Part shown: one piece after another, positions 26,622-32,000 of the stretch
Layout: each line of letters begins with the position of its first letter
Position numbering within the stretch: position 1 is the stretch's first letter
Assembly: GCF_013365495.1 (NCBI RefSeq)
Contig: NZ_CP046580.1
Location: forward strand, 300,001 to 332,000
DNA length: 32,000 nucleotides
Direction of reading: 5' to 3'
Source of the DNA: Candidatus Saccharimonadota bacterium
GTDB taxonomy: Bacteria > Pseudomonadota > Alphaproteobacteria > Rickettsiales > Anaplasmataceae
Notes under the pieces: generated by a model
Seen by the model: only the letters and a program-made list of their open reading frames with translations
Told to the model about the DNA's origin: nothing
Database searches by the model: none
Translations under genes and position numbers: made by a program

Positions 26622-28007
26622 TTACCTACCAATTGGGTAATCACCAGTGAAACAAGCATCACAGTATTGAGGCATTATGTTATTACGTTTCTTTTTTCTA
26701 ATAGCTTGATATAGGCCATCAATGCTTAGGAAAGTTAAGCTATTTACCCCAATACTTGCTTCTATTTCTTTTATAGATTGGTTTGCAGCAATTAAATCTT
26801 TGCGTTCTGGTGTATCAATTCCATAAAAACAAGAATACTTAATTGGTGGGCTTGAAATTTTAAGGTGAATTTCTTTTACTCCTGCATCTTTTAGCATGAC
26901 TATTATATTTTTAAGTGTATTACCACGTACTATACTATCATCTATTAAAATGATATTTTTGTTCTTTAAAATGAGTTTATTAGCATTAAATTTTAATTTT
27001 ATTTTAACTTTACGTACTTCAGCAGTTGGTTGTATAAAAGTTCTTCCTATATAGTGGTTACGGATTATTCCTAGTTCCATAGGTAAAGCTGAATGCTTTG
27101 AATATCCAATAGCTATAGGCGTTCCAGAATCAGGTATTGGTACAATCATGTCTACATCTTTTTTTGGAGGACTTTCCTTCGCAAGCGTTCTTCCTATTTC
27201 TTTTCTTATATCATATATAGACTTATTTTCCATTACGCTATCTGATCGCGAGAAGTAAACGTATTCAAAAATACAAAAGCTTGACTTTTGCTGTGAGAAA
27301 GGAAATGCTGAAGATAAGTTTCCATTACGATCAAGAGTAACTATTTCACCTGGTTCTATTTCTCTTACGAATTCTGCGTTTACTATATCAAAAGCACATG
27401 TTTCAGATGCAAGCATGTAAGAACCGTTTAACTTTCCTGAAACAAGAGGCCTAACTCCTGCTGGGTCGCGCACTCCAATAACTATTTCTTGATTAATTGC
27501 AATAAAGGAATAAGCACCTTGTATTTGCTTTAATGCGTATATGAGGCTATCTAGAAAGCTACTTTTTGTACTAGTTTCTATTAGACGTACTACTATTTCT
27601 GTGTCAATGTCTGATTGAAAGATACATCCTTGTTTGATTAATTGTTCACGTATTAAAGAAGTTTTTATTAAATTGCCATTGTGTGCTATAGCAAAATCTC
27701 CAAATTTTCTGCTTTTGCCAAGCATAGGTTGTACTTCAGACTTGCTGCCACTCGTTGAATATCGGACGTGACCTATTGCATAATTTCCAGGTAGGGATTT
27801 TTTTATTTCACCTATTTCTTCAAGAATACTATTCACTTGACCTTGAAAATAATAAGAATGTAACTTACCGTTATTGCTTGTTGTTACACCAAAGGATTCT
27901 TGTCCTCTATGCTGTAGAGCATGAAGACTTAATATAGAGTCAAAAGCAGCGTTTTTATTATAGCTTGTTCCAAATACCCCGCACTCTTCATGCATTTCAT
28001 TAAGCAT
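26622..28007 (-). CDS. purF: amidophosphoribosyltransferase
   Basis: 461 aa. Catalytic Cys in ..EECGVFG preceded by a short propeptide. PRTase motif IILIDDSIVRGNT. C-terminal Fe-S type cysteines (YCDACFTGDYP), as in the B. subtilis-type enzyme. Confidence 0.95.
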   Translation of the reverse strand: MLNEMHEECGVFGTSYNKNAAFDSILSLHALQHRGQESFGVTTSNNGKLHSYYFQGQVNSILEEIGEIKKSLPGNYAIGHVRYSTSGSKSEVQPMLGKSRKFGDFAIAHNGNLIKTSLIREQLIKQGCIFQSDIDTEIVVRLIETSTKSSFLDSLIYALKQIQGAYSFIAINQEIVIGVRDPAGVRPLVSGKLNGSYMLASETCAFDIVNAEFVREIEPGEIVTLDRNGNLSSAFPFSQQKSSFCIFEYVYFSRSDSVMENKSIYDIRKEIGRTLAKESPPKKDVDMIVPIPDSGTPIAIGYSKHSALPMELGIIRNHYIGRTFIQPTAEVRKVKIKLKFNANKLILKNKNIILIDDSIVRGNTLKNIIVMLKDAGVKEIHLKISSPPIKYSCFYGIDTPERKDLIAANQSIKEIEASIGVNSLTFLSIDGLYQAIRKKKRNNIMPQYCDACFTGDYPIGR

Positions 28008-28804
28008 AGAAATTGTTGAGTAAAGTATAATTTTACTTTAGTATAGGCAAAGTACAAGCATTTTATTACTTTCGCTACTTGATTTTTTATAATAATTCAA
28101 CATTCTTTAGAAGTTTAGATTTACTGCTAGGTAAAGAATTTATAATAAGAACACATCTACAAGATTTTTTTTAATTGAGTGAATCGTAACACGAAAGTAG
28201 TCCATAGAAAGATTTAATTTTATTTGTAAAATTTTTAATGGTGAATGAATTGAGAGAATATTTGTAATTAGTGACTTGAGCAAATTTCATGTATTTGATT
28301 TGATGTATGAATTTTGATATGTAGGTTAGTTATTTTAGATATATTATGATTACTATAACATTATTATGTCAATAATGATGTCCTATGTTTTACTTGTAAA
28401 AGTATGCAATTTTATTTTAATTTTCTCAATAATGGTGATTGTTTAAATAGCAATAATTCCAGGTGTAATTTCATTATAAATGATATGATATTATAATATA
28501 ACAGATCAATCTATTTTGTGTTCATTTTTTTGAAACACTTCTGAAAGGTGTTTTGTAAAATTAGTATTTTGTATTATTTTTATGTTTTGAGTGGTAGATG
28601 CAATGTAAGTTACTTTTTAAGTATATTTTCTTTAAAATTTAATATTTAGTAAATAATTTTATAGGTTATTTCCCTCTTTTTAGGTCTATATGTATACTGT
28701 TTATCAGTCTTCTTTTTTAATTAAGTGTAATCTAAGGTTTATGCTTTTTAGTAATATTATACAATTTAATATTGTAACAATTTTAATCATGACTAAAGAA
28801 GTAA

Positions 28805-28821
28805 CTACTGGACGCTCTTTT
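28805..28821 (+). repeat. displaced copy of the 3' end of the tRNA-Arg(UCU) gene (16/17 nt identical to 1252-1268)
   Basis: CTACTGGACGCtCTTTT here versus CTACTGGACGCaCTTTT at the tRNA 3' end (T-stem 3' half, acceptor 3' strand, and first nt of the trailer). Same orientation. The 11-nt core has 7 G/C in a genome that is roughly three-quarters A+T. No T arm or rest of a tRNA lies upstream of it. Confidence 0.6.
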
Positions 28822-29312
28822 TTTTATTAAATAAAACTTCCTAAAAAATTTGATAACCTAGAGTTATTGGAATAATTCTTTGATTAATATATGCATGACA
28901 AATTTAAGTTTATGGATATTATTTTGTTATATAATTGCTTATTTTAATAATTTTAGTGTTTTAATGGGTCTTCTTTATATGTTTGAGCATAACTTTATTG
29001 AATAGAAATATATGCTTAATATAATACCTTATATAGTAGCTTTAAAGATTAAAGAAGCTAAAATAAAAAGTGAGACCTTAAAGGTAAGTTTATTTATTAA
29101 TTTATTTTATTTTGTTTTTTAATCTGTAGAATATTATCAGAAATAAACATTAAGTTAAGTTTTTGTTTAACGTAAAGAAAAAAAGTATATTTTGCTTTTA
29201 CGTTATTTTTAAAAGTAAAGAGGTGCAAAAAGCATATTAATAACCGTGTAGGCTTATAGTATGCAAGTTAGATATATTTTATATTAATTTATTTTCTGAT
29301 ATATTTACTAGT

Positions 29313-32000
29313 TTATAACCATTCTTCTGTTCTTTCTAGTTGCTTATAGTTGTTAAATCTTAAAAATCTATTAAAATATGGAGAGGCAGTAAAAGGTGTA
29401 ATCTCTTTTAAGTAATTAAATAGAAAGCTTGGCAGGTTTTTTTTAAATTCTTGCATTTTTAGCTTAAAATCTTTTAAAGTAATAACTGTAATTTTATCAT
29501 AATCAAGTTTCCAGTAAACAAGCTCTGAAACTTCTTTTTTTGTTGTGTGTTCTACTGCTAAGGCTTGTAAAATTAATTGTGGGAAAAAACCTGATATGAC
29601 TTCTTTCTTAGAGGGAGGTGAACCAAGTTTATAGTCTATGATTGCTACCTGTCCACTAGATAAATGTTCGACTCGATCGCATCTTGCTGTTAGTAAAATT
29701 GATGATTTGTTCATTCGAAAAATATGACTGTCGTTATGTGTTGGAATATTAGCTATTGAATAGGAAAAATTTTTTTCTAACTCAGTATGATTGTTTCTAT
29801 TCTTATTAAATTTGATAAAAGATTGAATTATTTTTTGCATTTTTACCCACCACATACTTGAGAAATTGAATTGGCTGCTTGAAAATACTTTGTGTGCAAT
29901 GCTTATTAGTGACTTTCTGTTACATAAATGCCTTTCAAGTATACTATGTATCATAGTGCTAAATTCTAGTATTGATGGTTTATAATTTAAGTCCTTTAAT
30001 TGTTTGATGTTTAGTATATATTCAACATAAAATGAGTAAGGATTGCGAATCAATTTTTCTACTGCACTACAGGACATTATTTGCATTTTTTCTTTTCTTG
30101 CTTTAGCGTGAGGCTTAGGTGTAGGTTGAGTATATGGAACAATGCATTCAGGTGTATTTAATATTTTTAGCCAATCACGATAAGAATATTTTGTTTTTTC
30201 TACTACTAACAAAGTTTCTAATCGGCTCAATATGGTTGGTTTTCTGCTGTTCACCAGCCTTGTGATATAAACTTTACTTGTAGCAAATAGATTGAACAGA
30301 GTATACAAAAAATATCCTTGCTCTTCTTGCACAGAGGGAAAGTTGAATTTTTCTCTTGTTGAGGCATTTAAAAATGGATTTTGGAAACTCGGTATATCAT
30401 AAAATCCAGCAAGTATTACAACTTTGTTATGGCATAAACTAAGTTTATTTGAGTTACTTGCTATAGAAAAGAACTCTTTTTTTAAGAGGAGCATTAAAAT
30501 TTGTTCGTATAATTCTAAAGAACATTTGATTGTTATACTTTTACATGTGCATGCATTCAAGAAATCGTAAATGAAATTGCCTATTTCATTGTTCATTTTT
30601 AAAAGATTTATATTGGAAAGCATATTAATACATTGTAAATGAGTTGTTATGATATAAGAAATGGAATAATTAATGTTATTAGCTAGTGAATTAAATATAA
30701 TTTTTAATTTATTGAAAATAATTAATATATCTTCTTTATATTTTAGTTTTTTGTGGGTATTGATAGCATTTATAATATCTCTCATGCCATTTGTATTAAA
30801 GTTACGTAGTATTTTTATTTCAAGCTCAGATAAAATTTTATTATATTTTTCTTGAGAAAATCCAAAAGTCACTAACTTGTGTTTGAGAAGAGCAAGTAAT
30901 GCTACGCTATTCCAGTTTGAAGTTAAAACTTTAATGGTATAAACTAAAAGTGTTATATAGGAATAGTTTTCTGATGTTGGTTTTAATAAACAAGTTATAC
31001 GAGTTGCGAGTAATTTGTCAAGAACAATCAAGGAAACGTTTTTATAGCCTTCATTCTCTATAATTAATGATATTACTTGTGTTTCTTCTTCTCTTGAGTC
31101 ACAAGTAATAACTTCAATATTTTTAATATACCTGTTACTAACTTTGCTAAGATCAGTAGTTGTATCAAAGATATAATTTAGTTGTTCTATAGTCATTTTA
31201 TCGCAGGTTTCAGTTTTGCATGCTGAAGCGATATCTGTGTGAGTTTGTTTAAGAAAGCTTACATTTTTTCTATTTACATTTAAGTAATTTAGTAGATCTT
31301 TCATACTATATTGATAGTGTCTTTTATCGAGTGATTTCCAATCTTTCTCTTTAATTTTTAAATTAAGGTGGGGTAAGATTATTTTTCCAAGTGGGAGGTT
31401 ATATATAGCTTTGATTAATAACTTATAAATTTCGCTTTTTTCAATTCCAATAAGAATTATATGTTGGTCTTTTTTAAAAGAAGCAATCATATTTTTTATG
31501 TAATTGCTCTTATGTTTTAATATATCTATTACTCCTAAATTTTTTGTGATCTTGTTCCAGGTTTTAGTAAGTGAATTTATGAACTTTTCTATTTTTTTTG
31601 AGTATCCATTAAATTGATAATGATCTATCGTTTGAGTGAATTGAATCTTGTCAAACAATAATAGTAGGTTGTGAACTAAATCAATAGAGAAATTATCATT
31701 ATTTTTCTTGTTCCATTCTAGGATGAATTGAATTAATAGAAGTATCTTTTTTGTTGGTTTTATGATCTTGATTTTATCAAGATTTAATATTAAGTTTTCC
31801 TCATTAATGTTTTCTAGTGAAATTATTTCTGGTAAAATTATAAAATTTTTAGTACTATAGCTTTTGAATGCATTCAACAAGGCTATAGCATCTTTTTTAC
31901 AAGGCAGTATGATTTTTATTTCAGGAACTTTTTCTTTTTTATATTCAGAAAATATGTACTTGATTAGCACATTGAAAAAATTTTCGCATAAGTTAATTGT
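29313..32000 (-). CDS. addB: double-strand break repair protein AddB, alphaproteobacterial type (PD-(D/E)XK nuclease); 5' end outside the window
   Basis: The ORF track gives 885 aa from GTG 31970. The frame stays open to the window edge (..TINLCENFFN upstream), so the start lies beyond 32000. The C-terminal nuclease domain has SAVEKLIRNPYSFYVEYIL, ARCDRVEH and GQVAIIDYKLG (RecB-like D..D/E-x-K). Size and architecture fit AddB. Confidence 0.75.
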   Translation of the reverse strand, partial: TINLCENFFNVLIKYIFSEYKKEKVPEIKIILPCKKDAIALLNAFKSYSTKNFIILPEIISLENINEENLILNLDKIKIIKPTKKILLLIQFILEWNKKNNDNFSIDLVHNLLLLFDKIQFTQTIDHYQFNGYSKKIEKFINSLTKTWNKITKNLGVIDILKHKSNYIKNMIASFKKDQHIILIGIEKSEIYKLLIKAIYNLPLGKIILPHLNLKIKEKDWKSLDKRHYQYSMKDLLNYLNVNRKNVSFLKQTHTDIASACKTETCDKMTIEQLNYIFDTTTDLSKVSNRYIKNIEVITCDSREEETQVISLIIENEGYKNVSLIVLDKLLATRITCLLKPTSENYSYITLLVYTIKVLTSNWNSVALLALLKHKLVTFGFSQEKYNKILSELEIKILRNFNTNGMRDIINAINTHKKLKYKEDILIIFNKLKIIFNSLANNINYSISYIITTHLQCINMLSNINLLKMNNEIGNFIYDFLNACTCKSITIKCSLELYEQILMLLLKKEFFSIASNSNKLSLCHNKVVILAGFYDIPSFQNPFLNASTREKFNFPSVQEEQGYFLYTLFNLFATSKVYITRLVNSRKPTILSRLETLLVVEKTKYSYRDWLKILNTPECIVPYTQPTPKPHAKARKEKMQIMSCSAVEKLIRNPYSFYVEYILNIKQLKDLNYKPSILEFSTMIHSILERHLCNRKSLISIAHKVFSSSQFNFSSMWWVKMQKIIQSFIKFNKNRNNHTELEKNFSYSIANIPTHNDSHIFRMNKSSILLTARCDRVEHLSSGQVAIIDYKLGSPPSKKEVISGFFPQLILQALAVEHTTKKEVSELVYWKLDYDKITVITLKDFKLKMQEFKKNLPSFLFNYLKEITPFTASPYFNRFLRFNNYKQLERTEEWL

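Noticed and set aside
1264-28804. The 27.5 kb between the tRNA-Arg gene and the copy of its 3' end as an integrated genomic island
   Set aside because: The interval is filled with core housekeeping genes (nuoABC, tyrS, dnaX, hisS, purF, rpoH and others). It has no integrase, transfer or phage genes, so it cannot be the inserted element. The repeat is better read as an old scar separated by rearrangement.
29313-29990. AddB C-terminal nuclease domain lacks the Cys-X2-Cys-X5-Cys Fe-S cluster ligands known from Bacillus AddB (the corresponding positions read L..N.....E, and the upstream Cys reads N in IRNPYSFY)
   Set aside because: As far as I recall, alphaproteobacterial-type AddB proteins generally lack these cysteines (an R-D/N-P-Y motif replaces the C-P motif). 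This is probably family-typical rather than a degenerate or novel feature. It needs an alignment to be sure.
337-30855. Short ORFs nested in or antisense to long conserved genes: 337-525, 3126-3413, 3965-4171, 5563-5754, 5639-5836, 6217-6417, 10140-10352, 12668-12853, 12908-13156, 14598-14921, 15550-15750, 25267-25449, 27755-27937, 30673-30855
   Set aside because: Each lies entirely within a gene with clear family motifs in another frame or strand. Their products are Ile/Leu/Phe-rich, as expected from translating AT-rich antisense sequence. No independent support.
1-32000. Initial impression of an Ehrlichia (E. ruminantium-like) genome because of the long spacers and AT-richness; also a scan for CRISPR arrays, tandem repeats, IS elements and prophage WO genes
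   Set aside because: The surface protein is WSP rather than a MAP1/P28 paralogue, and a MurF gene is present, which points to Wolbachia. I found no direct-repeat array, transposase, integrase, phage structural, ankyrin or cif-like ORF in any frame.

Overview
Very AT-rich, gene-sparse chromosomal segment that I recognise from memory as Wolbachia (Anaplasmataceae). No search was possible. The ORF at 21957-22667 is a clear Wolbachia surface protein (WSP). Its neighbours fit this call: ffs-dnaX-ybaB upstream, rpoH downstream, an alpha-DsbA with a CYHC site, murF and nuoABC.

Content: 27 protein-coding genes (two cut by the window edges), one tRNA-Arg(UCU), and an SRP/4.5S RNA that an ORF track cannot show. 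Nearly everything is housekeeping: translation, complex I, TCA, peptidoglycan/DAP, folate, purine, replication, Fe-S assembly, recombination.

I found no IS element, prophage, CRISPR array, tandem-repeat array, or ankyrin/toxin/defence gene. I do not believe the window contains a novel multi-gene protein system.

The unusual part is the non-coding fraction. From the coordinates below only about 72% of the window is genic. Seven ORF-free spacers of 0.65-1.4 kb sit between gene blocks packed with 0-10 nt gaps or overlaps.

Best leads:
1. A 174-nt rod-like structured element at 16322-16495, either a 6S-like ncRNA or a palindromic element.
2. A displaced copy of the 3' end of the tRNA-Arg gene at 28805-28821, 27.5 kb from the tRNA.
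3. An A10 slippery tract in dnaX with an immediate -1 frame TAA, at the position where tau/gamma products normally diverge.
4. An unrecognisable 304-aa protein heading a tightly packed hinT-nuoABC-mdh block, preceded by a long perfect inverted repeat.
5. Several unusually long perfect hairpins in spacer DNA.

All structural claims are hand folds and need computation to confirm.
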